Source of the DNA: Candidatus Omnitrophota bacterium
GTDB lineage: Bacteria > Omnitrophota > Gorgyraeia > Gygaellales > Profunditerraquicolaceae
NCBI GenBank assembly: GCA_028716245.1
Contig: JAQUQW010000001.1
Coordinates: forward strand, 40,793 to 104,792
Direction of reading: 5' to 3'
Length of the DNA stretch: 64,000 bases
The notes beneath the pieces are model-generated. The model was given only the letters and a program-made list of their open reading frames with translations. It was not told where the DNA came from and searched no databases. Within the stretch, counting starts at the first letter, position 1, and the number at the start of each line of letters is the position of its first letter. The position numbers and the translations under genes are program-made. This document shows, one piece after another, positions 36,970 to 46,361 of this stretch.

Positions 36970-38206
36970 AATTAAAAAACTCGACCATTTCACCAGGAAC
37001 ATAATCTTCGTTTTTCTGGGGACGTCCCTGGCTAATTTCCTTAATCTTATCTACCAGCTTTTAATCGCGCACAAGCTTTCTCCGCAAGATTTTGCTTCCT
37101 TCAATGCTTTGCTTGCCGTATTTATGCTTATTTCTAATCCTTTAGGAACACTCCAGGTAGCGGTAGCTAAATATGCTTCGCAATACCGCGCCCGCAAGGA
37201 AGCCCATAAAATCAACGCGTTAATCTATGGCTTATTCACCAAGGGTATAATTATTGCATTCTTTATTTTTATTTTATTTATTTTTATCTCGCCGTTTATT
37301 ATCAACAGCTTAAAAATATATTCTTTGCCTTCAGGTTATATCTTAGCCATGTTAATTGCTTTATCTTTGCTGGCTCCGGTTTTAGTCGGAGGATTGCAGG
37401 GTTTGGAATTATTTGGCTGGTTAGTTACCTCTTCATTATTCGGCGGGATTATAAAGCTGCTTTTTACAGTGTTATTTATTTCGCTGGGTTATCAGATCGC
37501 CGGAGCGTTGGGGGCGTTTTTGATCTCTGTTATTTTCGGAGTGATTATCGGAATTATCCCTTTGCGTAAATTCTTAACTGCTCAGGTGACAGCGGAGAAG
37601 CCGGATTACAAAGATGTATTTTTATATTTATTCCCTATTGCTATAAGCAATATGTGTTTTATCTGGTTGATCAGTTTTGATATGGTTCTGGTAAAATACT
37701 TTTTTTCGCCGCAGGCCTCAGGAGTATATTCCTTGGCACAGATGGTGGGTAAAATATTCCTATTCTTACCAGGGGCAATTAGCCTGGTAATGTTCCCGCG
37801 CACAAGCGGCCTAAACGCTATTAACTCTGATACCCGGAGTGTTTTAAAGAAGTCGCTGCTTTATGCGCTTTGTCTTTGTTTGAGCGCTGCGATATTTTAT
37901 AATATCTTTCCCGGGTTTACTTTAAAGCTTCTTACCGGTAAAGCGCTGCCGGAGTCAATATTATTAGGAAGGCTATTTAGTATTTCGATGACTTTTTTCG
38001 CATTGTGTTTTGTGCTGATTAATTATTTTCTTTCCCTTAAAAGTTTTAGTTTTATAAAATATTTGGTTATTTCAACGGTACTGCAATTCGCGGGTATTCT
38101 AATATTTCATAATAGCCTGTTTGAGGTACAGCTGGTTCTCTGCGTAAATTCATTTCTGCTTTTTACATTATTATTCTCAAAGTTAAGGATTAAACCTAGC
38201 GTATGA
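36959..38206 (+). CDS. wzx: Oligosaccharide flippase (Wzx / MOP superfamily polysaccharide biosynthesis protein)
   Basis: 415 aa with about 12 TM helices. N-terminal pattern typical of Wzx. Confidence 0.75.
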   Translation: MLSKIKKLDHFTRNIIFVFLGTSLANFLNLIYQLLIAHKLSPQDFASFNALLAVFMLISNPLGTLQVAVAKYASQYRARKEAHKINALIYGLFTKGIIIAFFIFILFIFISPFIINSLKIYSLPSGYILAMLIALSLLAPVLVGGLQGLELFGWLVTSSLFGGIIKLLFTVLFISLGYQIAGALGAFLISVIFGVIIGIIPLRKFLTAQVTAEKPDYKDVFLYLFPIAISNMCFIWLISFDMVLVKYFFSPQASGVYSLAQMVGKIFLFLPGAISLVMFPRTSGLNAINSDTRSVLKKSLLYALCLCLSAAIFYNIFPGFTLKLLTGKALPESILLGRLFSISMTFFALCFVLINYFLSLKSFSFIKYLVISTVLQFAGILIFHNSLFEVQLVLCVNSFLLFTLLFSKLRIKPSV

Positions 38207-38997
38207 AAGATATTAAAGAAAAAGTATCCGTAATCATGCCTGCTTATAAAGAAGTAGGACATATTGCCAACAGCATAGATATTACGGCTAAGACTTTTCA
38301 GGATTTTGGCTGCCCCTGGGAATTGATTGTGGTCGATGATGGTTCAGAAGATGGGACCTATGAAGCGGCGCTTGAAGCCGCAAAGAAATACCCCGGTTGC
38401 GTCATTGTAAAGAAGAACGCTTTTAATATAGGCAAGGGCCGGGCATTAAAAAGAGCAATCCATTTTGTAACCGGTGATTATACCGTGTTATTGGATGCGG
38501 ATATGGATTTACATCCTTTACAGATAGTAACCCTCTTTGATATTATGCGCCTGAATAATGCTGATGTAGTAATCGGCTCAAAGATGCATCCTAATTCAGT
38601 CGTTAATTATTCGCTGCAGCGTAGAATGATCAGTTTAGGTTACTATATCTTTGTGAAAATACTTTTTGGTTTGCCTTGTCATGATACCCAGACAGGTTTA
38701 AAATTGTTTAAGACTAAGGTTTTAAAGGATGTATTTCCGCGTATTCTGGTTAAGAAATTTGCTTTTGACCTTGAGTTATTGGTAAATGTTTTTCATTTGG
38801 GCTATAAAATAACCGAGGCGTCGATTGTGCTTACTCCTCAGAGAAGATTTGGAAGGGTCAGTTTTTCTTCAATATATACTACTTGGTGGGATACTTGCGC
38901 TGTTTGGTACAGAATGTATGTTTTAAAATATTATGATCGTATCGATTATCATCGCCGTAAAAACCTGGCAAAAGAATTTAGAAGAATGCGTCGCTAA
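38203..38997 (+). CDS. Glycosyltransferase family 2 (Dpm1-like)
   Basis: VSVIMPAYKE, VVDDGSEDGT and DADMD motifs. Confidence 0.8.
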   Translation: MKDIKEKVSVIMPAYKEVGHIANSIDITAKTFQDFGCPWELIVVDDGSEDGTYEAALEAAKKYPGCVIVKKNAFNIGKGRALKRAIHFVTGDYTVLLDADMDLHPLQIVTLFDIMRLNNADVVIGSKMHPNSVVNYSLQRRMISLGYYIFVKILFGLPCHDTQTGLKLFKTKVLKDVFPRILVKKFAFDLELLVNVFHLGYKITEASIVLTPQRRFGRVSFSSIYTTWWDTCAVWYRMYVLKYYDRIDYHRRKNLAKEFRRMRR

Positions 38998-39916
38998 GTG
39001 TTTGGAATTGGATTATCCGGATTTTGAGATAATTATCCTTCCGGATAAAGCTTTCGCTAGGGGACTGTCCCCGAAGGGGGCTGTCCCCATAAAAGTAATT
39101 CCAACCGGTAATCTTAAGCCCGCTGACAAACGCGATATCGGTTCCAAACACGCCAAAGGTGAGATCATCGCCTTTATCGATGATGATGCTTATCCGGTTA
39201 AAGATTGGCTTAAATCTGCTATAGTAAATTTCTCAGATCCAGAAGTGGCCGCAGTCGGAGGCCCGGCAATAACCCCGCCGGATGATACCTTAAGCCAACA
39301 GGCAAGCGGCAAGATTTATTCATCACTTATGGTCAGTGGGAATTTTGTTTACCGCTATGTTCCTAAAGTAAAGAGGACAGTTGATGATTTGCCAAGCTGC
39401 AATTTTATTGTGCGTAAGGATGTAATTGAAGAACTGGGAGGTTTTAATACAAGCTTTTGGCCCGGAGAAGACACAAAGCTATGCCTTGATATTGCGCATA
39501 AGTTAGGCAAGAAGATTATCTATGATCCGGCTGTTCTGGTTTTTCATCATCGCCGCACAGTGTTTATGGCTCACTTGAAGCAAATCGCTAATTATGCTCT
39601 GCATCGGGGATATTTTGTTAAGAAATTTCCGGAGACATCCTTAAAACTATCATATTTTATCCCCAGTATATTTGTCGCAGGTTTAATCTTTGGTCCGGTT
39701 GTTGGATTATTGTCCTATCCGGCTAAGTTATTGTATCTTGTTTGTGCAGTTTTATATTTAACAATAGTTTTTATATCAAGCTTATCAGGGACTAGGGACT
39801 ATCCCCGAAGGGGACTGTCCCTAAGTTTTATGGTTTTCTCAGGTATTGTTCTCACGCATATTACTTATGGTATTTTTTTTATCAAAGGTTTGTTGGCTAG
39901 AGGGTTAAAAGAATGA
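38933..39916 (+). CDS. Glycosyltransferase family 2 with C-terminal TM helices, carrying two REP1 insertions
   Basis: GT-A DxD-like region IAFIDDDAY. Insertions GLSPKGAVP and a degenerate copy at 39788-39822. Confidence 0.7.
   Translation: MIVSIIIAVKTWQKNLEECVAKCLELDYPDFEIIILPDKAFARGLSPKGAVPIKVIPTGNLKPADKRDIGSKHAKGEIIAFIDDDAYPVKDWLKSAIVNFSDPEVAAVGGPAITPPDDTLSQQASGKIYSSLMVSGNFVYRYVPKVKRTVDDLPSCNFIVRKDVIEELGGFNTSFWPGEDTKLCLDIAHKLGKKIIYDPAVLVFHHRRTVFMAHLKQIANYALHRGYFVKKFPETSLKLSYFIPSIFVAGLIFGPVVGLLSYPAKLLYLVCAVLYLTIVFISSLSGTRDYPRRGLSLSFMVFSGIVLTHITYGIFFIKGLLARGLKE
39060..39088. repeat. REP1 copy 3 (GGGGACTGTCCCCGAAGGGGGCTGTCCCC) in frame in the GT2 gene
   Basis: Encodes RGLSPKGAVP. One substitution, A to G, relative to the consensus. 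Confidence 0.85.
39788..39822. repeat. Degenerate REP1 copy 4 (GGGACTAGGGACTATCCCCGAAGGGGACTGTCCC) in frame in the GT2 gene
   Basis: The first unit is disrupted and the second is intact. It encodes TRDYPRRGLSLS in frame. Confidence 0.7.
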
Positions 39917-41418
39917 TGAAAGTCATAATTTCTTATCCGCCATTAAGCAATGAAAAAGGTTGTCCTACTTTAGGCCAGAACCGGCAGTTCCAGTATTTTA
40001 AAGAGCCAACTCTGATTTATCCGGTTGTTCCGGCTACCGCGGCGACTATGCTTAAACAGGCAGGATATGATGTTATTTGGAACGATTGCCTGGCTAAGGG
40101 CTGGAGTTCTGCGCAGTTTCTTGATTTTATTCGTACAGAGCAGCCGGATGTTATTGTTTTTGAAACCAAAACCCCGGTTGTAAAAGAGCATTGGAAAATC
40201 ATTAATGACCTAAAGGAAAGCGCCAGGGGACTGTCCCCGCAGGGGACTGTCCCCGTGATCGTATTATTCGGCGACCACGTTACCGCCTTACCCGAAGAAT
40301 CTTTTCAGAATTCTCAGGTTGATTTTGTCATTACCGGTGGAGATTATGATTTTTTGCTTTTAAACTTATGTAATGTTCTTAAGCAAAGGGGACTGTCCCC
40401 GCAGGGGACTGTCCCCGACAGCGTTGAATTCGAGCCCGGTATATATTATCGAGAGAACGGCCAAATAAAGAATACCGGTAAATTTACTTTAAACCACAAT
40501 TTAGATAAAGTTCCTTTCATTGATCGTGTTCTGACATGTTGGCAGGATTATGCTTATAAGAATGGTAACTATAAGCGTATTCCCGGAACTTATATTATGA
40601 GCAGCCGTGATTGTTGGTGGGGAAAATGCACATTTTGCTCTTGGCCTACGCTTTATCCAAGCTTCCGCAGCCGGAGTGTTGAAAATGTCCTTAATGAAAT
40701 TGGGGAGCTTATTGAAAGGTATAATGTTCGGGAAATTATGGATGATAGCGGGTGTTTTCCGGCGGGAGAGTGGTTGCGTAATTTTTGTCAGGGCATGATT
40801 AGCCGCGGCTATAATAAAAAAATTTACTTTGGCTGTAATATGCGTTTTGGCGCACTAAGTGATGAAGATTATAGTCTTATGAAGCAGGCTAATTTTCGTC
40901 TGCTTTTATTCGGCCTTGAGTCAGCGAATCAAACAACATTAGACAGGATAAATAAGAACCTTAAGGTTGAGCGTATTGTGGAGGGATGTGAGGCAGCGAC
41001 TAAGGCCGGGCTTTACCCGCATATTACGGTTATGTTTGGTTATCCTTGGGAAAGTTATGAAGATGCGCTTAAAACATTACGGTTAGGCAGTTGGCTGCTT
41101 AAGAAGGGATACGCCTATACGATGCAGGCAACTATGGTAATTCCTTATCCGGGAACTCCATTATTTGAAGAATGCAAGAAAGAAGGATGGCTTAAGACTT
41201 TGGATTGGAATGATTATGATATGAAACAGCCGGTTATGCGCACTCCATTTGATGATGTTAAGGTGATGCAGCTTGTTCAGGGGATGTATAAGGTTTCCTA
41301 TCAGCCCGAATTTATCTTAAGAAAATTATTTTCCTTAAAAGATATTGATGATCTAAAGTATTGGTTACGCGCCGCCAGAAAGGTTTTCGGGCATATTGTT
41401 GATTTTAAGAAGGTTTAG
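39913..41418 (+). CDS. B12-binding domain radical SAM enzyme (class B) carrying two REP1 insertions
   Basis: CWWGKCTFCSW (CxxxCxxC). N-terminal B12-binding-like Rossmann region. Insertions GLSPQGTVP twice. Confidence 0.8.
   Translation: MMKVIISYPPLSNEKGCPTLGQNRQFQYFKEPTLIYPVVPATAATMLKQAGYDVIWNDCLAKGWSSAQFLDFIRTEQPDVIVFETKTPVVKEHWKIINDLKESARGLSPQGTVPVIVLFGDHVTALPEESFQNSQVDFVITGGDYDFLLLNLCNVLKQRGLSPQGTVPDSVEFEPGIYYRENGQIKNTGKFTLNHNLDKVPFIDRVLTCWQDYAYKNGNYKRIPGTYIMSSRDCWWGKCTFCSWPTLYPSFRSRSVENVLNEIGELIERYNVREIMDDSGCFPAGEWLRNFCQGMISRGYNKKIYFGCNMRFGALSDEDYSLMKQANFRLLLFGLESANQTTLDRINKNLKVERIVEGCEAATKAGLYPHITVMFGYPWESYEDALKTLRLGSWLLKKGYAYTMQATMVIPYPGTPLFEECKKEGWLKTLDWNDYDMKQPVMRTPFDDVKVMQLVQGMYKVSYQPEFILRKLFSLKDIDDLKYWLRAARKVFGHIVDFKKV
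40226..40254. repeat. REP1 copy 5 (GGGGACTGTCCCCGCAGGGGACTGTCCCC) in frame in the radical SAM gene
   Basis: The spacer is GCA instead of GAA. It encodes RGLSPQGTVP. Confidence 0.85.
40388..40416. repeat. REP1 copy 6 (GGGGACTGTCCCCGCAGGGGACTGTCCCC) in frame in the radical SAM gene
   Basis: Encodes RGLSPQGTVPD. Confidence 0.85.
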
Positions 41419-41423
41419 TTATT

Positions 41424-42263
41424 ATGATTGATGTTTCGGTAGTAATTACGACCAGGAACGAAGAGAAAAACATAGGGAACTGTCTGGATTCGATAAATAG
41501 GCAGGATTATCCTCGGGATAAAATAGAAGTTATTGTAGTCGATAATAATTCTACGGATAATACACAGGAGATAGCTAAGAGATACAATTGCCAATTGTAT
41601 CTGTATGGGCCTGAGCGTTCTGCCCAGCGTAATTTTGCAGCGCATAAGGCAATTGGGGGGTTTATTTTGTTTTTAGATGCGGACATGGCGATTTCAGAAG
41701 GCTTGATATCAGAGTGTGTGCAAAAGTGTAGACTTGATCATCTAGGGTCGCTTTATATTCCTGAAAGGATTACCGGGAATGGTTTTTGGATTAATGTCCG
41801 GGATTTCGAAAGAAGTTTTTATAACGGTACGGTTATTGATTGCGTTAGATTTGTTCGTAGGGAAAATTTTCTTGAGATCGGTGGATTTGACGAGAATCTT
41901 ACTGGGCCTGAAGACTGGGATTTCGATAGGCGGATAAGGGAGAAATATACCGTAGGAATTATTAAATCTTGTATCTATCATCATGAAGGCGTATTTAACT
42001 TAAAGAGGTATCTGTTAAAGAAAACGTATTATGGTTTTTCTTTCCAAAAATATAAAAATAAATGGGGTAGTTCTGATCCGATTATAAAGAAGCAATTTGG
42101 TTTTTTATATAGATTTTTCGGAGTTTTCTTAAGAGAGGATGGATGGATGAAACTCCTGATGCATCCTATTCTGACTCTAGGTATGTATTTATTAAGGTTT
42201 TCGGTGGGTTCAATATATTTAACGAAAACGGCCAAGATTTATTTTAAGGAGAAGAACGGTTGA
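41424..42263 (+). CDS. Glycosyltransferase family 2
   Basis: VSVVITTRNEEKNI, VVDNNSTD and LDADM motifs. Confidence 0.75.
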   Translation: MIDVSVVITTRNEEKNIGNCLDSINRQDYPRDKIEVIVVDNNSTDNTQEIAKRYNCQLYLYGPERSAQRNFAAHKAIGGFILFLDADMAISEGLISECVQKCRLDHLGSLYIPERITGNGFWINVRDFERSFYNGTVIDCVRFVRRENFLEIGGFDENLTGPEDWDFDRRIREKYTVGIIKSCIYHHEGVFNLKRYLLKKTYYGFSFQKYKNKWGSSDPIIKKQFGFLYRFFGVFLREDGWMKLLMHPILTLGMYLLRFSVGSIYLTKTAKIYFKEKNG

Positions 42264-42341
42264 AGTGGAGGTTACCTGTAGAATTGCTGAGTTTCTAGTT
42301 GGATTAGGATCTGCGTAAATAAATCTGAGATGTGCAAATTA

Positions 42342-42413
42342 CGGGATGAATTGCTAAATCGTGAGATCTTTGAGACATTATTTGAAGCAAAAGTGCTCGT
42401 AGAAGGCTGGAAG
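42342..42413 (+). mobile_element. Remnant of an rve-type (IS3-family-like) transposase C-terminus
   Basis: The translation RDELLNREIFETLFEAKVLVEGWK matches the conserved IS3-family OrfB C-terminal motif RDECLNxExFxSLxEAxxxIExWR. It then diverges and is not part of an intact ORF. Confidence 0.5.
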
Positions 42414-42493
42414 GTAGCCTTATTTATGTTCACTAAATTGTTTACAATCTTAGGATTATAGCAAGGTAATATGTTTATAAAAGGAGGAGTATT

Positions 42494-43192
42494 ATGGGCA
42501 AAATCACCAGAGTATTAATAGTTTTAATTTGTTGTTTGTTAACAATCTCTCTTATAGGTTGTGTTAAGCATTCTAAAAAAAATCACACACCTGCGTTTAT
42601 GGGTAGGCAGGTAGCATCTCCTCAAATAGCATATGTTGGAGATTCTTTGACTTTAGGTTATGGTGGGAATCACCCATACGATTATTACATTAAGCTCCCC
42701 GGTTGGAATGGGCAAACGATAACTTCATTAACTATTGCTGTAGCTGGTTTCCAAATATCAGATATGTATCATAGCTCAGACGATAAGCTTAATTCTATAT
42801 ATAACTATGATTCGGGATTAAATATCGTTGTTATATGGGGGGGGACTAATGATCTTTGGTATGGTGTTACTCCAGCACAAGCTTATTCTTACTTGAGAGA
42901 GTTTTGTCAACGCCAAAGAAGATTAGGATGGAAGGTTTTAGTAATGACAATGGTTTCACGAATTAATATTGATTCTCAGAAAAACCAATACAATGTTTTA
43001 ATCCGCAATAACTGGACTAAATTCGCTGACGGAATAATTGACATTGCCAGAGATATCAATATTGGCGCTGATGGAGCTTATTCCAATAAGGTTTATTTTA
43101 ATGCTGATGGAATTCATCTTACTGATGCAGGATACGCAATTATAGGTTCTATAGCTCAAACTACAATTACCGATTTTGTAATGAAACAATAA
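42494..43192 (+). CDS. SGNH/GDSL hydrolase family lipoprotein
   Basis: Lipobox LIGC. GDSL block YVGDSLTLG. Block III VIWGGTNDL. Confidence 0.7.
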   Translation: MGKITRVLIVLICCLLTISLIGCVKHSKKNHTPAFMGRQVASPQIAYVGDSLTLGYGGNHPYDYYIKLPGWNGQTITSLTIAVAGFQISDMYHSSDDKLNSIYNYDSGLNIVVIWGGTNDLWYGVTPAQAYSYLREFCQRQRRLGWKVLVMTMVSRINIDSQKNQYNVLIRNNWTKFADGIIDIARDINIGADGAYSNKVYFNADGIHLTDAGYAIIGSIAQTTITDFVMKQ

Positions 43193-43201
43193 AGGCCTCA
43201 G

Positions 43202-43762
43202 ATGATACTTAAAAAAAAGAATTTAATTCAGATTTGTCAAAGCTGCTATAACAAAATAATCTTTAGAATCTCTTTGATAAGGGCAGGATTTTGGAAGTTA
43301 TTTATGAAAAGAATGGGGAAAAAGGTTTATATTATGAATTCATGTATGATTGGTTCTCCTTCAGGGATTGAGATTGGAGATCATGTTTGCATTAATCATC
43401 ATACTACTATTTCCGGAATAGGTTCGTTAAAGATTGGCAGTTTTGTTATGATAGGTCCAAATTGTAATATTTTAACCGCAAACCATGGTTTTAGTGATCT
43501 GGGTAAGCCGATGATGTTTCAAGATATAGCCATTGGTTCGGTAGAGATAGGTGATGATGTGTGGTTAGGCGCTAATGTGGTTATATTGCCAAATGTTAAA
43601 ATCGGCCGGGGCGCTATTGTTGGGGCAAATGCCGTTGTCACTGAGGATGTACCTGCATTTGCGATAGTGGGCGGAGTTCCGGCTAGGCTTATCAAGTATA
43701 GATTTTCTCAAGAAGGTATGGAAAAAGCAAAGAATGAAACATTTCTAAACGATAGTTATTAA
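43202..43762 (+). CDS. Left-handed beta-helix (hexapeptide-repeat) sugar O-acetyltransferase. The true start is probably internal, near 43296.
   Basis: Hexapeptide repeats [31 protein letters not shown]. The N-terminal 30 aa of the ORF look non-coding. Confidence 0.7.
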   Translation: MILKKKNLIQICQSCYNKIIFRISLIRAGFWKLFMKRMGKKVYIMNSCMIGSPSGIEIGDHVCINHHTTISGIGSLKIGSFVMIGPNCNILTANHGFSDLGKPMMFQDIAIGSVEIGDDVWLGANVVILPNVKIGRGAIVGANAVVTEDVPAFAIVGGVPARLIKYRFSQEGMEKAKNETFLNDSY

Positions 43763-43772
43763 ACTAAGTATT

Positions 43773-45182
43773 ATGAAAATTTTACTTATTCAACCTGAAT
43801 ATAAAGATACCTGGGCATCTCCACCTTTAGGATTAGGCTATATTGCTGCGGCTTTGGAAGGGGCAGGACATAAAATAGTATTAGTTGACCATACCTTAGA
43901 GCCTGTTTCAAACGAAGAATTTAAGGTACAGTTAGTTGCTTATAAACCTGATTTTGTAGGTATATCTTTAATGGTACGCGCTCTTCCACAGGTACGTTCG
44001 CTGATTCAACAGATTAAAGAAGCTGGAGATTACCCGATTGTGATTGGTGGTCCGCAGCCGACAATTGCACCTGAATTTACTCTCCGTTATACAAGAAGTG
44101 ATTTTGCCGTATTAGGAGAGGGAGAGCAAACTATTGTAGAGCTGGCGGCTGTTTTAGCGTCAGGAAGCAAAAATTACCATAATGTCCCCGGCATTGCGTT
44201 TAATGATGGCGATAAAGGTGTCGTGATTAATGCTAGCCGCGAATTCATCAAAGACCTTGATTCTATAGCTTTTCCAGCTTGGCATCATATCCCGCCTTCA
44301 AAATATAATTTGCAGCCAGCGCTTACACCGGTAAAGGAAAGACCGATCGCTCCTCTTATAACTACACGTGGTTGTCCTTATAAGTGTAACTTTTGCGGTG
44401 GTCCTCTTATGTGGAAACGTTCTTTTCGAATGCGCAGCGCCAAGAACATAATAGATGAAATTGAATTATTGATGCGTGAATATGGGGTAAAGCAGATTTT
44501 TCTTTCCGATGATAATTTTACAATGCAAAAAAGCCATGCACTTGCCATGTGCAAAGAGATATGTGCACGTAAGATTAAGATTCTCTGGGCCTGTCCAAAT
44601 GGTATCCGAATCGATAAGGTTGATGATGGGTTACTTAAAGCTATGCGTGAGGCAGGATGTTATCTGGTTGGTTTCGGGATAGAATCTGGTAGCCAGGAGA
44701 TACTCAACCGCGCCCAAAAACAACTTAATTTATCTCGCGTAGCGCAAGTGGTAAAAATGGCAAATAAACATGACATATTGACTTATGGTTTTTTTATTAT
44801 TGGGCTTCTTGGTGAAACCAAGAAAACAATTCGTCAGACTATTGATTTTGCCAAGAAACTTCCTTTAGACAGGGCATGGTTTAATGTGTTAGTGCCTTAT
44901 CCAGGGACAGAAATATTTGATTTATATTCTAAGGGAAAACCTTATAATGAAATTGAATGGGGCAAGGAAGATGCAACCTCCGGTATGATTGCTAAGGGGA
45001 TACATTATGATGGTTTAAGTGGTGAGGATTTAGTTTATTGGCAGAGAAGGGCATTAAGGGAGTTCTATCTTACCAATTTCCGGCGTTTTTTTAGCGTGAT
45101 TAAAAATATGAGCTGGGGAAGTTTAAAGACGCTTATGAAAACAAGCTTTTTTAAGCGTTGGTTAAGGCATAAAAATGACTGA
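43773..45182 (+). CDS. B12-binding domain radical SAM enzyme (class B)
   Basis: TRGCPYKCNFCGG (CxxxCxxC). N-terminal cobalamin-binding-like domain. Confidence 0.8.
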   Translation: MKILLIQPEYKDTWASPPLGLGYIAAALEGAGHKIVLVDHTLEPVSNEEFKVQLVAYKPDFVGISLMVRALPQVRSLIQQIKEAGDYPIVIGGPQPTIAPEFTLRYTRSDFAVLGEGEQTIVELAAVLASGSKNYHNVPGIAFNDGDKGVVINASREFIKDLDSIAFPAWHHIPPSKYNLQPALTPVKERPIAPLITTRGCPYKCNFCGGPLMWKRSFRMRSAKNIIDEIELLMREYGVKQIFLSDDNFTMQKSHALAMCKEICARKIKILWACPNGIRIDKVDDGLLKAMREAGCYLVGFGIESGSQEILNRAQKQLNLSRVAQVVKMANKHDILTYGFFIIGLLGETKKTIRQTIDFAKKLPLDRAWFNVLVPYPGTEIFDLYSKGKPYNEIEWGKEDATSGMIAKGIHYDGLSGEDLVYWQRRALREFYLTNFRRFFSVIKNMSWGSLKTLMKTSFFKRWLRHKND

Positions 45183-46338
45183 AAGTATTTTATTAGATAG
45201 ATTACGTAGTCTAAAAGTAGCTATTGTTACGCATGTTTATGCAACCGGTCCAGCGCAAGAGTTGGAGGTTTATCTTAAGGATAAAGTAGCCTCATTAATC
45301 TTTATTGGGCATCCTTTTAAATTCGCAGCAGATATCCGTTCGTTTTGTAAAATATATCAGAAAGGTGTAATTAAAAAGCAAACTAAGGCTTACGGTTTTA
45401 GATTGCCTGAGTTGCTTATGTATTTCAAAGATCTCTTATATACTTTTTATTGGGTTATTTATTACCAAGGTAAGTTGGATATTTATTTTGGCGTGGATCC
45501 ATTGAACGCCTTTGTGGGGATTATTCTAAAGAAGTTAGGTAAGGTTGAAAAAGTAATTCTCTACACGATTGATTATACTCCGAAAAGATTTGAAAATAAG
45601 TTTTTGAATTGGGTCTATCATCGAGTAGACAGTTTTTGCGTTCAAGAAAGCGATTTTGTCTGGAATTTATCAGCTCGGATGGCAAAAGCAAGAATGAAGA
45701 AGGGGATAAAAAGATACGAACATCAGATGGTCGTTCCGATAGGAGTAAATTCTGGTAAAATTGAAGGGTCGAGGAAAGAGAGGGTTAATCGCAATTATTT
45801 TGTTTATATGGGGCATCTGAGGAAAAATCAGGGCCTTGAATTGGTTGTTGATGGTTTTAGTGATATAATAAAAGTGGTTCCGGATGCTAGGTTAGTAATT
45901 ATAGGAGGAGGATGCTTAGAGGCGGGAATTAAGAAGATAGTGGTAGAAAATAATTTATCAACTTACGTTGAATTTAAAGGATATCTCCCTGAACATAGTG
46001 ATGTCGAAAATATTCTTGCAACTTGCGGTATTGGTTTAGCTTTATATGAACCAAGCCCTGACAGTATTACCTGGTATACGGATCCCAGTAAGCCAAAACA
46101 ATATATGGCAAGCGGTTTGCCGGTAATTATTACTGCGGTACCTGAGATATCGGAAGAGATAAAGTCGAGGGGTCTAGGTATCGTTATTAATTATAATAGG
46201 GAGAGTTTTGTAAACGGGGCGCTGAGACTTTTACGAGACGATAAACTCTATTTTGAATGTAGGAAGAATGCAACGGAATTTGTTTCAAGTATGCGCTGGG
46301 ATAATATTTTTAGTAAAGCGCTGTCTAGTTGTTTATAG
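45175..46338 (+). CDS. Glycosyltransferase family 4 (GT-B)
   Basis: C-terminal GT1/GT4 region with EX7E-like conservation (YMGHLRKNQGLELVV...IIGGG). 387 aa. Confidence 0.7.
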   Translation: MTESILLDRLRSLKVAIVTHVYATGPAQELEVYLKDKVASLIFIGHPFKFAADIRSFCKIYQKGVIKKQTKAYGFRLPELLMYFKDLLYTFYWVIYYQGKLDIYFGVDPLNAFVGIILKKLGKVEKVILYTIDYTPKRFENKFLNWVYHRVDSFCVQESDFVWNLSARMAKARMKKGIKRYEHQMVVPIGVNSGKIEGSRKERVNRNYFVYMGHLRKNQGLELVVDGFSDIIKVVPDARLVIIGGGCLEAGIKKIVVENNLSTYVEFKGYLPEHSDVENILATCGIGLALYEPSPDSITWYTDPSKPKQYMASGLPVIITAVPEISEEIKSRGLGIVINYNRESFVNGALRLLRDDKLYFECRKNATEFVSSMRWDNIFSKALSSCL

Positions 46339-46361
46339 TATTATAAAGGGGAGATATCAAA

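Noticed and set aside
28964-40416. The tandem GGGGACTGTCCCC units considered as CRISPR repeats
   Set aside because: There are only two units per site, with a 3 nt spacer. They lie inside ORFs in frame and have no variable spacers, so this is not a CRISPR array.
43202-43295. N-terminal 30 codons of the acetyltransferase ORF as real coding sequence
   Set aside because: This segment is Cys/Ile-rich, non-homologous and precedes a good internal Met ([11 protein letters not shown]). The true start is probably internal. The ORF-track coordinates were kept but flagged.
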